DNA of 63,554 nucleotides, the filler included, from Choristocarpus tenellus KU-1152 (taxonomy: Eukaryota; Protista; Phaeophyceae), in NCBI GenBank assembly GCA_964200185.2. It is 6 parts of 6 records of this genome, joined end to end, with 100 filler letters (N's around TTAATTAATTAA, not from the genome) between each part and the next. Parts side by side here need not be neighbours in the genome. Positions count along the whole stretch, not along the records: positions 1 to 4,203 come from CAXNAD020015720.1; positions 4,304 to 9,768 come from CAXNAD020010704.1; positions 9,869 to 23,625 come from CAXNAD020001378.1; 3 more parts are not named here. One strand, 5' to 3'. Positions within the stretch are counted from its first letter, which is position 1. Every line of letters starts with the position of its first letter. The notes beneath the pieces were generated by a model. The model was given only the letters and a program-made list of their open reading frames with translations. It was not told the DNA's origin and searched no databases. The translations under genes and the position numbers were made by a program. Positions 1-12,871 of this stretch are shown here, piece by piece.

Positions 1-95
1 CATCTGACGTATGCAATCAAATAACCCAAATATCGCGACATGAAAAAATTGACCCCAAATGGACAGCCCCTACCCCCTCCCAGATACTTTGAGCC
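1..95 (+). mobile_element. MITE family A, right half
   Basis: ttgaccccaaatggacagc...ccccagatactttgagcc matches the right end of full copies at 1059 and 27867. Confidence 0.8.
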
Positions 96-726
96 ACGTA
101 TTGAACCTATCCGTCTTGGGTTCCGGTGCAGCATCTCCTATACATAACCTCCTCCTCTTTTCTTCAAAGATTGTGCTCCTAATATGCAGTACCTACTTAT
201 TATGATCACATTCCAGAGCATAGAAATGAAAGGGGTCACAACAATCCCTTACTCTTTGCATATAAATATATATGTAGCAATATCTATAGTCGGAAACTAA
301 ATCACTGAACAATTTCCACAATAGGATCTGATGAAGTGGGGGCTCAAGAATGTTGGATATTCTAGACCAAGATCTGCTGTCCATGTGTTCTTCATTGTTG
401 GGATTAAGTTTTTTTCTGGATTTTGGTTTGTCATAGATCGCCACAGCAACAAAGTCCCACCATCTTCTAGAATTGGACAGGTCTAACTTGACTGAATAGA
501 ACCCTGTAATGATGTTGAAGTCGTCATTTCACATGCTAAATGCTAGAATCACCAGCATTTATATGTTACCGTGTCTACCTCATGCAGCAAGACCATCAAG
601 TTAATTCAATCAATTGCAATTGACTTACACCTTGTGGGGTTGTGTGTATGTTCCATATATACAGAGTAAACCTTGTGCTCCACCTCTGCCCTCGACCTAC
701 CAAACGGCACCACCTTCACTCTCTAG

Positions 727-3417
727 GTTTGACCACCTCTGCTTGGGCTCATGGCTCGCAGAGGTCTCTCTTGTGCACCCTGAGGGCGCTTTCATCAGGC
801 AGGTGTGCTGTGCAACCTTCATCCAAAATTGATTTAATAATGTAGTTGGAGGAAAGGGTAGAGCATGAACACTGATGTCTGAATAGTCTCAATGGTGGAG
901 TTGGACTGAATCAAATGACACCAATCGGGATTAGCCATGCGACTTGTTTGCAGAGAGCTGTCCAGTGACCTATTTCTTCTTTTAAGCTTCCTTTCTTTCA
1001 CGGAATTCATTGTTCCTACCCACAAAACGGTTCAACCATTCAACCATCACCTCCTTCTGTCCAAAAGTATCTGGGGGGGGAGAGGGGGTCTACACCAGGG
1101 TGTCCATTTGTCCTAAAATCAGGAAAAGTGCATTTACATTATCCATCCAACGTATGCAATCAAATCACTTAAAAATCGCAATATGAAAAAATTGACCCCA
1201 AATGGACAGCCGCTACCCCCCCTCAGATACTTAGAGTCTCTCTTGCTCATAAACCGGACGCAAATGGCATTGTTGGAATCCAAGGCCCAAAAGATGAAGA
1301 AACTCAGCAGAGCCATCCTACAGGCGAGGGCTGTTGTGAAGAAGTATTCCAAAGGAACCACTTGGTCAGGTGGTGCAAGTGCCACAAGGCAACACAAGGC
1401 AAACAACAAACTAAAACGACTTCAGGGAAAGCTTGAGCAAGGGGCAAAGAAGGTGAAAGAATTATGGTCAATCTGCACTGTGCATTCCTTGGCTTGTACT
1501 GTGTAGTACTCCGGAGCATCTATTAGGATGTAGTACCCTTGAAAGGTACCATGAGATCAGTGAACAAACTTGGTTCGTGAGTTTAGGTTTTTCGTGGATG
1601 AAGGCTTGACAACAATTCTCAGTGCAGGGCACCCTTTTGAGGAAGAAAAATCCCTGGCAAGTGAGGGATCGCACCAATGGGAACAAGGTTGGGGTTAGCT
1701 CCCATTCTCCTCCACTTTCCATGGAAAAATGGACCACAGAAGTAAGCAAAGACAACGATTCTTTTTTTGTGTACGGAGTGACAATAATCCCAAAACGTTC
1801 TCACAACATCCCAATGTCCAAGTAAGAGTTGCTGGTGTCCAATCAGGTACAGTTAATTGATATTGACGTTAATATTGGTGCTGGCTCCCAAACGTAGTCA
1901 GACTTTATATGGAACAACTCCACCATCAATGCATGCACGCCATATTGGCACATATACTTTATTTCCAGGTATTATCACTAAATTCTTTTCCTATGCTGTT
2001 TATCTAACAATTATTATGTGCTGATGGCATTTCGAGGTCAACATCCTTAGTTTGTGCGGCAGGCCATAGAGTGAAAGTATCTTGGAGGGTATGAGTTTTT
2101 CCCTGTTTGTCCATTTGGGGCTTGGCTTCCCACGGGTTTTTAATGACATTTTTCCTGCTCCAAAATGTTCGGAGCAGGTAAAATGCATACGTTTTGAAAA
2201 GGTGTATCCGAAACAAGGATATCGACATCTCCAAACAAACACCATAGCCAAAATTACATCAAAATTGCAACATTGGACTTTGACCCCCAAATGGACGCGG
2301 CTTTATTCTCCTTGATACTTTGACTCATACTGTCTCTCTTGGGGAAATGGGAAGAAACGAAGAGTTACTCCGGAGTTTTAAATTAATTTTTCTTCCCTGC
2401 GTTTTTGATTTCAGTTAGATACAGAGAACCATTTCATTACATCTGCTCTCACAATGTGATTGCAAACAAGGCTGGTTACACAAGATGTTGTATTCCCCTT
2501 CAATAGCACAGATTGTTCCAACCTCTCTCGTGATGTCAAGCTTAATAGTAGCTCCACAAAATTGGCCACATTATCCCTCCTAAATCACGTGCCCTTCCTG
2601 TTCCAACCCAGTTGGAATCACGGGCAGAAGCATTCGAGAAAATCAGCTCAAAGACACACACTGCCTTTGTGATGTTCAACCATGAGGCGTCCTGCATTCG
2701 CTGCATGTGTGACTACACTCAATATCCAGGTTTTCTACAACCCAAGAGACTCCGGTTCAGGGGAAAACATAAACTCAGAGTTCAGAGGGTATGTTCTCCC
2801 CTGGGAAAGAAGTGGGTTAGGTGTCCCCTACGACGTGAAATATTAGAAGTGCCGAAGGATCCAAAGCATTTTAAAGGGTAGGGGCTCATCCGTTGGGGAT
2901 CTCAAATTCAATGTTGCGAATTTGATTAATTTTGGCTATCGTGTTTGTTAGTAAGTGTCAATACCCTTGCTCTATACACACCTTTTATAGTCGTATACAT
3001 CTTAGGGAATTGTGATCACACGGAAAACCGAAAAAGGGCATAGAAAACCCGTGGGAAGCCAGGCCCCGAAAGGACCAACAAGGCATAACTCCTATCCTCT
3101 TAAGTGCTTTCACAAAAAATCCTACTGATACATCCTGTAGTCCTACCCTTCATATCCCCAAGCAGGAGTGCTATCCAACCTTGTGTAGGTATGGTCTGTG
3201 TCTTCATTCAAGATGCTTGACTTCCTTGAATCTTCTTTGAATCTTCATCTTTAGGCCCCAGAGCCTGGGAACATCATATGGGAAAATCTTGAGGAGAGCA
3301 CCTGCCGGCGAGCCTATCGCAAGGCATTTACAGCAACAGTCACGCTGGTGTTTTTGGGCATTAGTTTCATGGCCATTTACTACACTAAGAACATAGAGAC
3401 TGCGCTTAATACCAATG
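727..3417 (+). CDS. OSCA/TMEM63 (CSC1)-family mechanosensitive Ca2+-permeable channel, internal exons only
   Basis: Phase-compatible GT-AG exons 727-802, 1285-1452, 2612-2788 and 3255-3417 give ...GSWLAEVSLVHPEG...AFVMFNHE...LRFRGKHKLRVQR|APEPGNIIWENL...followed by a hydrophobic TM segment. AFVxF and APEPxxIxWENL are OSCA/TMEM63 hallmarks. The 5' and 3' exons were not found before the contig ends. Confidence 0.85.
1059..1238 (+). mobile_element. MITE family A, full copy (~180 bp)
   Basis: TIR gtccaaaagtatctggggg...cccctcagatacttagagtc, flanked by tct/tct. Lies in an OSCA intron 46 nt upstream of an acceptor. Confidence 0.85.
2069..2326 (+). mobile_element. MITE family B, full copy (~258 bp)
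   Basis: gagtgaaagtatcttggagggta...gatactttgactc, flanked by ata/ata. Confidence 0.85.
2858..3115 (-). mobile_element. MITE family B, diverged variant (AAAGCATTT-type TIR)
   Basis: Reverse-oriented similarity to family B: caatgttgcga...ttttggctatcgtgtttgttag...gtgtcaata. Confidence 0.7.
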
Positions 3418-4103
3418 GTGAGAGTGAGAGCCCCTGGTGGTGTCCTGTTGAGACATGTTTGAGAAAGTGAATAGATAAATAGCTCATTCTTTCAATGGGA
3501 GCTCTTTGTGGAGTTCTTAACTGCCTCTACATATGCTCATTGTCTCGTAGAAGGGTTCACCATTGAGAGGTCTCCCAAAACATGCTCAATCAGCACTTTC
3601 CGATTTGCATGGCACATTTGTATGAAAGGATGACTGAGGTCTCCTTAAATTGAATTTTCTTGTTTATTTTGTGATACTCAAATATTGATCAGTTACCGAG
3701 AGCAAGATTTCCCAAAATACAAACTGGGAGCAGGGAGGATCTCACCCACTCTATCGGCAAATAATTTGTGATGATGGGCTGAGAAAAAAAAAAGGAATTA
3801 GACCACAATGCACTTCAATATATCAACAACAATGTGGAATTTGGCCTTTAAATACCGGTACGATATGACAACCATTATACGTGCTTGTAGGTATACCACG
3901 TCTTCTCCTTAGTTAAACAAAAAAACTGATTGTGGATCAGCCATGTAGATTCAGTGAAAGCTTGCCCTCTGTGTGTTTATTTGCACTTTTTGTGCTCCAA
4001 ATAGTGTCCCATAAGAGAGACAAATTGTGTACCATATGAGATGGTCTAAGCCCCTATTTCCAAGTCAAGGCATGATAGATGAAATATATACTATTGTTGA
4101 AGC

Positions 4104-4203
4104 GACCCAAAGTATCTGGGGGGGTGGGGGGGGTCTACACGAGGGTGTCCATTTGGACCAAAATCGAGAAAAGTGCATTTACATTATCCGTCCGACGTAT
4201 GGC
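4104..4203 (+). mobile_element. MITE family A, left half at contig end
   Basis: gacccaaagtatctggggg...gtgtccatttggacc...aaagtgcatttacattatcc, running into the N linker. Confidence 0.8.
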
Positions 4204-4303
4204 NNNNNNNNNNNNNNNNNNNNNNNNNNNNNNNNNNNNNNNNNNNNTTAATTAATTAANNNNNNNNNNNNNNNNNNNNNNNNNNNNNNNNNNNNNNNNN
4301 NNN
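4204..4303. other. Artificial contig linker (N44-TTAATTAATTAA-N44)
   Basis: 100-nt N run with a central six-frame stop palindrome; identical structure occurs five times. Confidence 0.97.
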
Positions 4304-5289
4304 GGGTTCCAAGGGTGACAACGTTTTCAAAATTCCCCATCTTAGCAACGAAAAGACCTAGAAGGCGGGAAAGCTCCCCTGGAATGCCGTTCTGGAATAA
4401 AGTTTTGGAGGGCTTTGAGGGTGTAATCATAGATAGGTGTAGGGTGCCTCATTTTGCTTGGGAGTTTGGTGGGCATCCTTTTAGTGTCTGCACAATACAC
4501 TCATAAATATCAACTTGCGACAAGAATGTTGCTTCTTCATTGGGGTTGCAAAGGTTATGTTACATTTATTTCTGAACGGTGGAAGTACTATGTTGTGCTA
4601 GACCACAAAAAATGCTGAAATATATGGGTCATGGTGGCGAAGATTCAACGCGGACGGAGGGATAGAACACACCACATTTGAGGGAGGAGGTGGAGCGACG
4701 AGTGGTGGGATGGATAAACCCACAACTCAGGAAAAAATCAAGGCAAACATGAGGAGATATAATTTAGCTGTAGTGAACAGGTAGTTTGTAGGGTAAAACA
4801 AATATGTGCAATGTGCAATAATGGCATTGAAGCGTTAATGGAGTTTTGTTTTGTTTTGTTATGTGGAATATGAGATCAAAAGTTTGATAAATAGGAAGGG
4901 AAAGTACAGTATCTGAACTCAACATTGTATCTTGTGTCTATTATGCAGAACATATTTCGTACAAGGAGATGATTCAATCACAATGAGGGGTTTAACTTCC
5001 AATTCGAAGTACACTACTATTGTGGATTGTGATATTCTGTGACGCATATGCACTGAATAAATCAATACGAAATATGCTTGCACTGCTATACTCTACAATC
5101 CTTTCATCTTTCGGTGCAGATCCTCAAAGGAAGATGATGATATACGCTCTCATTCTGCAAACATCTTTGCCAAGCTCGATAGTGCTATGCCACTGACTTG
5201 AATGGGATAAAAACGTACCATATGATTTTCTGGGAGCTTTTCATCAGGCCAGGCAGTTGGCATGTCCACTGTAGACCATGTGGTTGCAG

Positions 5290-5500
5290 GCTGGTCCACT
5301 GTCCGGCCATGTTAAAACAGTCGATGGCCATGGACTCAGTTATATTTGAAATTAGTTGTACATGGCCGGCCAGTGACCCTGGTCACGTTGAGCAAGGAAT
5401 GACCATTGACTCGGACATGTTCAAACTTGGTTGTACATGACCAGTTGGTGGCCCTGGTTATATGTTGAGTCAGCGATGTTCATGGACTCAGCCATGTTAG
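5290..5500 (+). repeat. Degenerate ~76-bp tandem repeat (about 2.5-3 units)
   Basis: Recurring catggactcag..atgtt.aaa.ttrgttgtacatg.cc...gtg.ccctggt...gttgag. Confidence 0.6.
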
Positions 5501-7177
5501 AACATTTTATCTATGTCCGATCGGTTGATATAATGTTTACACTCCAGTCAGTCACATCATGGTCAATCCTCTCTAATTTCATGTTTCACCACTCATTCTA
5601 CTTCAATGCTGTATCCCATGCTACTACTGTGTAAGGTACTAAACATAAACGCATAATGATATTTCTACGTTATTTTATATTTTACAAGTTAGACTATTAG
5701 TAATTATAAAAATTATTCAAATACACTCTCTTAGGTACGTGAGGTTATTTGTGATCTATGCGTAATGTCTGACATTCACACACCACTCTCACTCATCACT
5801 CCTCACCCTGTGTGGACCTTGAACACCACCAAGTTCAGTGAACACAAACCTTAACCCTGGGAGAACAAATGTTGGGCACAGACAGTTGAGTTGCAACAAG
5901 CACTAGCAGGATACTACTGTAAGTAGTGATAGTGCCAGTGATGGAGACAGAGATAGCGACAATCTTAATGACAGGGATGGTAGCATTACCAGTGGTAGTG
6001 ATGACAATAGTGGCAGCAACACTGGCAGTCATGCATTGAGAGGGTGTCCAGAACAGCCTAGGTTGACAGGTCCGTATGTCGAGTCAACTCTGGATAGTGT
6101 TGAGTTTTGTACCTCCGTTGATGGCACCTTCAGGCAGCCCTTTGTGCTTACGAATCAGCAGAAGGTACCTGGGCGCTAAAAAGCACTATGTTGTGGCAGA
6201 TATTATTGGGAATCCAAAGGGAACAACAGTGAGTTGTCTCCGATCTTGCAGTTCTTCAAAACCATGGAGAACACGAAGGTCTCAATGCATAGTGCCGGGT
6301 TGTGGAGCAAACTCAGAGGAAAGGGGGTGAGGGAGAAAAAGTGAAAAAGGAAGAATGTTTGGTGCATGGTTGACAAGAGCAAACAGGGCGAAAAAAGTCT
6401 TGTACGTCATCTTTGCTGTGCACACAAGGACAAGTTCGACTTCTACGAGAAATAAATACGCGGTCAAGGGTGACTATGAATGCTAAGGCTGGAGTTGTTT
6501 CAGGTAACTTTTTGTTTGAAAATAATTGTTGCTTTTTTATTTCTCATTTGACTATGACTTTGGACGTCATGAACTTCGAACTTCTAATGATGTACTGCCT
6601 CTCTAGACAACCATAATATATGTTATCATCATAATGTTAGTGTATTTCACATTTTTCTTTCTCCTTGTAAAATGAAACTAATAACTATCATTTCTTGTTT
6701 ATGTCCTCTCTACTAAAACCCTATATACTATAGTCGTAATTTACGTTTTGCTTGTGGTTGCCTTTGCACAGGTGACGGTGTGCAAGGGATCACCCAGCTC
6801 ATGTCTGAGCATGTCATATCCAAACCTAGGCGCAATGGACTCAACCGAAAAATTGTCTTTGAGAAAGCCATTGGTTGTCAAGCAGAGATGAGGAGACTTA
6901 ATGAAGGATATATGATTAATATGAGTGACTTTTTTCGCGTATACCTATTTAACATACTAGCTTTGTTGGTGGCAGTAGAAACGGAGATCAAGTCACACTC
7001 TCAGTGTGATATCCTTCTTGTAGAACCTACTGCTACCACGGAGAAGCAGGGCATGAGTTAGCAACCGCATAAATCATCTCTAAATGGAAGCTTCTCCCTG
7101 CATGAAGTTGGTGGGGTCAAACCCCATTGATTCTATCATGGAAAGCAGGCTCCAACTGTCCATAGTCCATCTGGCAA

Positions 7178-7434
7178 GAGTGACAGTATCTTAGAGAGTA
7201 CGAGTTTTGCCCTGTTTGTCCATTTTGGACTTGGTTTCCCATGTTTTATTTTTCCATTCTCCAACTCCAAAGTGTGTAGGAGTAGGTAACATGTATACGG
7301 TATGAACAGGTGTGTCTGGAATAAGGATACTGACAATTTCTAACAAAAAAGACTGCCAAAATTACATCAAAATCGCAACATTGGATTTTGGCCCCCAAAG
7401 AGACGCGGCCCTACCCTCTAAGATACTTTGGCTC
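7178..7434 (+). mobile_element. MITE family B, full copy
   Basis: gagtgacagtatcttagagagta...taccctctaagatactttggctc, flanked by gcaa/gcag. Confidence 0.85.
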
Positions 7435-7714
7435 GCAGGTGGTATGGATTGTGCACCTGTACTACCCTATGTGTCGCTGATTATACCACACAGATACAGG
7501 AGTCCTAAACGAGTTGGGAAGGTTTCACTGCGGAGTGGTGCCGGACTGGGTCCAGCAACAGATTCCAGGGAGGAGGCAGACAACAAGGAGCATTGAGAGT
7601 GGGATGACTGAGCCCACCACAAAAGAAGCAAGGTACAGATGATGCGGTACAATATGTTGTAGCGCAACTATTTGTGGTAATGATTCTAAGTGGGCTGTTC
7701 ACATTCAGTAGTTA

Positions 7715-7972
7715 GAGTGAAAGTATCTTAGAGGGTACGAGTTTTGCCCTGTTTGTCCATTTGGGGCTTGGCTTCCCATTGGTTCTTTTTTACATTTTCC
7801 TAGTCCAAAATGTTTAGGAGTAGGTACAGTATGTATGTTATGAACAGGTGTGTCCAACACATAGATATTGACATTTCCTAACAAACATGATAGTCAACTT
7901 TATATCAAAATGACAACTTTGGATTTTGGTTCCCAAATGGACACGGCTCTACCCTCTAAGATACTTTGGCTC
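7715..7972 (+). mobile_element. MITE family B, full copy
   Basis: gagtgaaagtatcttagagggta...taccctctaagatactttggctc with a perfect 4-bp duplication gtta/gtta. Confidence 0.9.
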
Positions 7973-9689
7973 GTTAACAGCTTTTCGTCGATTGGGTCAT
8001 TTTCATATGGTTCAGGTTATACCAAGCAAGTCGTTTTGTCTTACGGATTATACAAAGGGGTTGAATTGCTTTCAAAGTCAAGCCCCACGCGAGTGGCTAC
8101 AATTCAGTCAATTCTACAACATTGATCCGCGCCATTCAAAGCAATAATCAAAATGAGAGATCCAGTGGTATATACTTGACTATCCTTAGAGCATCAAAAT
8201 TTGCTTGCATATTTGAGCACTTAGCCTGCGATATCATCCCTCTAAGGTGATTTAACTTAGCACTGAAACACAACAGCAGTTGGTAATATCATAACTAGAA
8301 GTAGTAGTTAGTACGAAGGGGCAGTGTGTTGTGCCTCTGACCATGGATCAGGAAAGTCTCTTGAGGGATAAAGCGAGAAAAAAACACACACATATATATA
8401 TATATTGCAAAAGCTAAACTACGAAGGTGGTAGTAAAAATGAATTATTATATCCATACTAATGTGGAGAACTGATAGGGTCCTCTCACTGTTTATCTACC
8501 TTTCACTCCTACGACCCTGCCTCGCCACTCATCATGTCTTCAACCAGACAATAGTTCTGGTCTCGTCCAAAAGAGTCCTTATATAACCTTGCCTCGTCCA
8601 TACGGTGCAGTCCATCCTGGTCTGTCCTGGTCCTTTTCCATACCAGGGATTTCTCTTTGCCACATCCTTGCCTGAATGAACTGCGTTCTTTCACTTTGGA
8701 TCACATAATCCGATTTTTTGATAGGATAAGTAACTTCTTAGTTCACATCTCCAAGGCGCACAACTCAGCACAAATCACTTTTAGCAGTATTAAAATAATA
8801 ATAATTTTGTACACTGTAAGTTGTACCTGTCGAGGCAGTAGTAGAAGCACAGGTGTCTATGTCGATGTAGATATAGTTGCAACTATCGTCAGACTCCTTC
8901 CCCCTTTCTTGGACCTATATTCTTGTCATGTGCCCAATCATCCGGAAAATAATTAAGATGCCGAAGCCCCAAAGATGATATATCTCATGGTGACTTGCAT
9001 TCCTCTGATTGCCCCACGATACATGAAACACCAATACAATGATTTCAATGTGTTTGCACCCTTAACCACAACAAGTACTACTATGTTCATATCTCTTGGG
9101 GCAAGTATACAGCATCAAGATATTTTGGAAAATATTGAGATGGTTGACCCTGTATGCAATTTATTTCTTTGTGACTGTCATGGTATGCATCCCTGACCCA
9201 TTGTCCGTTTACTATTGATTATATACTCTGATATTACTTACATGCATACATACTACACAGAACAACAGAAAATCGAGAGTGCGTCTTGACAATTAAGGGC
9301 AAATCTCAAGGGTAGGATCTGTATTGTTGTTAGCTGCTGTTCCTTGTCACACTTGTTTCCAGGTACACTCGATACTGTCCACAGTTCATCTAAGATCATT
9401 GAGATCACCCTGCCTGCCTGCCTGCCTGCCTTTGGGGTCAGGCAAAGTCCTAAATCGGCAAAGAAACTACTATTAATGGATGTTATTTTGTGTCATACTA
9501 CTCATACTTCATAGAGAGTGAAGGTATATATATGTGTGTGTGTGTTTGTGTCTATGGCTACCTAGGTACACCTTGCAATGTAGTGGGTCATGTAAGTATT
9601 TTCTGAGGTGTTCAACGTGGTATCTTTGAAAGGATACTCCATTCCAAGTTGATGTAGTGCTACCTTAATGGTCTGAGGGAACAGGGTTT

Positions 9690-9768
9690 GACCCAAAGTA
9701 TCTGGGGGGGTGGTGGCGGGGTCTCCACCAGGGTGTCCCTCTGGCCATAACCAGGAAAAGTCCACTTA
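9690..9768 (+). mobile_element. MITE family A, left end at contig end
   Basis: gacccaaagtatctggggggg...ccagggtgtcc...caggaaaagt followed by the linker. Confidence 0.8.
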
Positions 9769-9868
9769 NNNNNNNNNNNNNNNNNNNNNNNNNNNNNNNN
9801 NNNNNNNNNNNNTTAATTAATTAANNNNNNNNNNNNNNNNNNNNNNNNNNNNNNNNNNNNNNNNNNNN
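9769..9868. other. Artificial contig linker
   Basis: N44-TTAATTAATTAA-N44. Confidence 0.97.
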
Positions 9869-11709
9869 GGGGAGGGGAGGGGGGGGCGTTCGTGTCTGAG
9901 AAGGGAAAAAAAAAATGTTTATTGGAGGGAGGAGGGGGGAAGGGGCATGGACTTTTTTTACTTTCTGCTGGTTTGAGAGACTGATAGCACATTCAACAGC
10001 TATCCACAGCTAGGCTTTTGTTTCTTTCTGACAGACAGACAGACAGACAGACAGACAAAGAGAGGCGGTGTCCATCGTGCGATAAAAATCTCGAGGATCC
10101 TCTCTTCTTCTTCTTCTTCTTTTTCTTTTTCTTTTTCAATTGTGTTGAATCTACCAAGAAATGAAAACACCATGTTGTTAAGAGCTTTTTCACAGGGCTT
10201 GTCATCCCGCCTGGCGGGCAGTTGATAAGGTAGGCCTCCCCATGTGCGGTCCTGCCATGTTCAAAGAGTTGACAGCCACGGAACCAATATGTACACCATG
10301 TTGGTAGTCGGACCGACCTGGGACCCAGGCATTTTGAAACGGCGCAGGTCCTAGACCGGTCCTGTTCGCACATATTGGTACCAGACCGGCTGGCAGGCAG
10401 CCCACGCATGTTGAACCGGTCAGTGGCCATGAAAAAAAGGAAAAAAAAAAAATGTGTTTCAATCTGACTGGACCGAGTCGATCAAAATACGTCGTAGGTT
10501 TTGTCTCAAATACCTGTGGGAATAAATGGGTGTTTTTTTTAATTGTCCCTTTTCGCCGCACATTTCTCATCAAGAACCTAATTGGCCAATGCTGTACCGT
10601 TTGCGTATTCAGTCCACGGCCTGGTCTGGTTAGAACCTCTCCTCTGACAGCGCTGGTCCAGGCGTGTGAGAGAACACAGGAAGCGTTGATGATGTTTTTT
10701 TGCCCCGCCTGATGAAAATCCCTGTTTTTTCCCTCTTTGCCGAATTGATAATAATATATAATGTTATTATTATTATTATTATTGTTATTATAGCAAGACT
10801 CCGTAGTGTTTGTGCCATTACTCAATATTTGGAGATATGGCACACGGTGATTCTAAATCAACAAAAATAAAAATGACCTCAACTAATCGATGCCACCTTT
10901 GTTAATTAAGCCTACAGGATGCAATCGACTTGCAATGTTGCTTCTTTTTTTTTAAATGTTACATATTATTATTATTATTATTGTGTAGCAAAGTCCGGTG
11001 CAACGTACTTTTCTCACACAAGTTTTTTTCTAGTCACGCCACCCAAGAGCACCTACAAAACCAGGAATGGTGCCACTGCATCGGTATGTAGTGGACGCCT
11101 ATCGTGCGTTTTATCGCACATTTCGAGCTGCGTGATTTCATGGATTCGACCAATGACAGAGGCTGAGTTTCAAGTATTGCTCCCATCCTCTTTGCTTCCC
11201 CTCGTGGCTCTCCATGCAATTTTTTTTTTCCCCATTTTTTTTTCTGACTGGAGTTGTTGGTAACTGTTCCCAAGATCAACTGGTGTTGCTTCTTGTGTGA
11301 CACCTAATATTTTTCACCTATATATAAATATATATATTATTTATTTGTTTTTTAAAATGAAACTGATGCTTGTGTGTGTATTTCATTGTCATTTGTAGAT
11401 AGGGCTTCAAGAGATCACGCCTTTCCAATACTCCGCACTCGACTTTGAATTCGCCTCTTCTTTCCACCAACCTTATCCCCCTCTAATAAAAGAGTCGCCC
11501 TAAAATCGATTTTGTCCCCTTCCCCCCTGTCTCCTTTTCTTCCTTGTCCTCCTTTCACTGTGATATACTTGTACACGTTATCATACCTTTGTAAAATTCC
11601 AAAACATAAATACGCACTTCTTTCTCTTTAAAAAAATAATATAAATTTAATTATGTGTATTTATATATATATATATATTAATCCTTTGCTGGGAAAAAAA
11701 AAAAGAAAA

Positions 11710-12272
11710 ATGGGAGGATTGCGGAAGAAGTTTCCCAAGGATCTCAAGGGCGAAGGGACAACTAGGTGCAACAACGTGACGTTCGATCTCATCGCCATCA
11801 ACAAGGCTGCCCGAGTGGAGGATCGGACCAGGGCTGAGGAGGTAGGTGGTGTTGTAGTCGCGAACTGGTGTCCTGGGTTCAAATCCCTCCATCCCACCCA
11901 ACAATAACAAAGAAGGACTGCTTTTTTTTCTGGTGTGGAGAAATCCCTTATTTCTTTCGAGTTAAGGTCGTTCTTAAGTGTTGTCCCAGAGATTGCAAGG
12001 ACCAGTCGTAGAGCCAGTGGCAAGCGGTGCATCAACCGTGTCATGAATCCAAGAACAGTGGATGCATGATATTTCAAGGCGAGCAACACTTCTGTCTGCA
12101 TGTCTACATTTGCAAAAACTTGATTGACATTTCCCCTTGTTTGTTTTTTTCACATCACACTTGCTTTGTGTCGCTTTTTTCTGGTGCTATTTCTGTACAC
12201 ACACAGGTCATCGCTATATTGGCAAGCGACTTCAACAGCTTCTTGGACATGGAGAAACTTGTAGCCAAGTAG
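11710..12272 (+). CDS. Hypothetical helical protein, last two exons (may be 5'-partial)
   Basis: Exons 11710-11841 (donor gtaggt) and 12207-12272 (acceptor cag, TAG stop) give MGGLRKKFPKDLKGEGTTRCNNVTFDLIAINKAARVEDRTRAEE|VIAILASDFNSFLDMEKLVAK. These are GC-richer coding-like islands. Upstream exons could not be resolved. Confidence 0.55.
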
Positions 12273-12871
12273 GTAGGCATGGTTGCTGTCATAAACAGGC
12301 ATATTTTTTGGTACCAAAAAAGGTACAAAATGGTGTTTGTGGGCGGTGCAAGTGTTACTGATTCAAGAGTGCACATGGCCATGCAAGCCTCCTGTGTCGC
12401 TCAGTTCATTCTATTCTTGCATCAGCAACAGCTTATTGTGTGGGAGGGTTGCTAGCTCTGTTGTGGTTACAGCAGTCAACAGAGGGAAGTCAGCTACAAG
12501 ATGTGATATTGAAATGTGCGTGAGTGGTAGTAGGTAAGGAACAAATACCTCTGCTTGTGAAGTGGAAACTGTGAGTGTATCCTCACATAGAGGTAGGTGT
12601 GATGAATGATCGTGATAACTGTAAGTGTGCATTAATATTGAGAAAGGAAAGGTTGACAGATAAAAGCACTGTTAAAATCGTAGGGAGTGAGGTGACAGGT
12701 TGGACGTGTTGTAATAGCCTAAAAATACTGGAAATCAACCTCCAAGCGATTATTGGCTTGGTCAACTTATCTGGGTTTGAACTTCGGGAGCAGAATACAA
12801 CTGTTGTTTTATATACATGTCAAGATACTGCCCCATAGAAACATAGCACCAGTGTAGGATGGGAAGTGGAC

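Noticed and set aside
4248-4259. TTAATTAATTAA palindrome repeated five times as a biological motif
   Set aside because: Always centred in 100-nt N runs; it is an artificial six-frame-stop linker.
4560-4780. LINE (RTE-like) 3' fragment (LKYMGH); similar hints at ~8510-8650 and ~24240-24540
   Set aside because: Motifs too short and degenerate to support without a profile search.
6477-7061. Two-exon gene MNAKAGVVS|GDGVQGITQL...
   Set aside because: Splice sites plausible, but no recognisable homology and no further consistent exons.
10202-10843. 213-aa minus-strand ORF
   Set aside because: Runs through microsatellite, homopolymer and repeat sequence with no protein-like motif.
11868-11900. 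tRNA (gggttcaaatccc T-arm-like)
   Set aside because: No matching acceptor stem, D arm or anticodon arm; lies in an intron.
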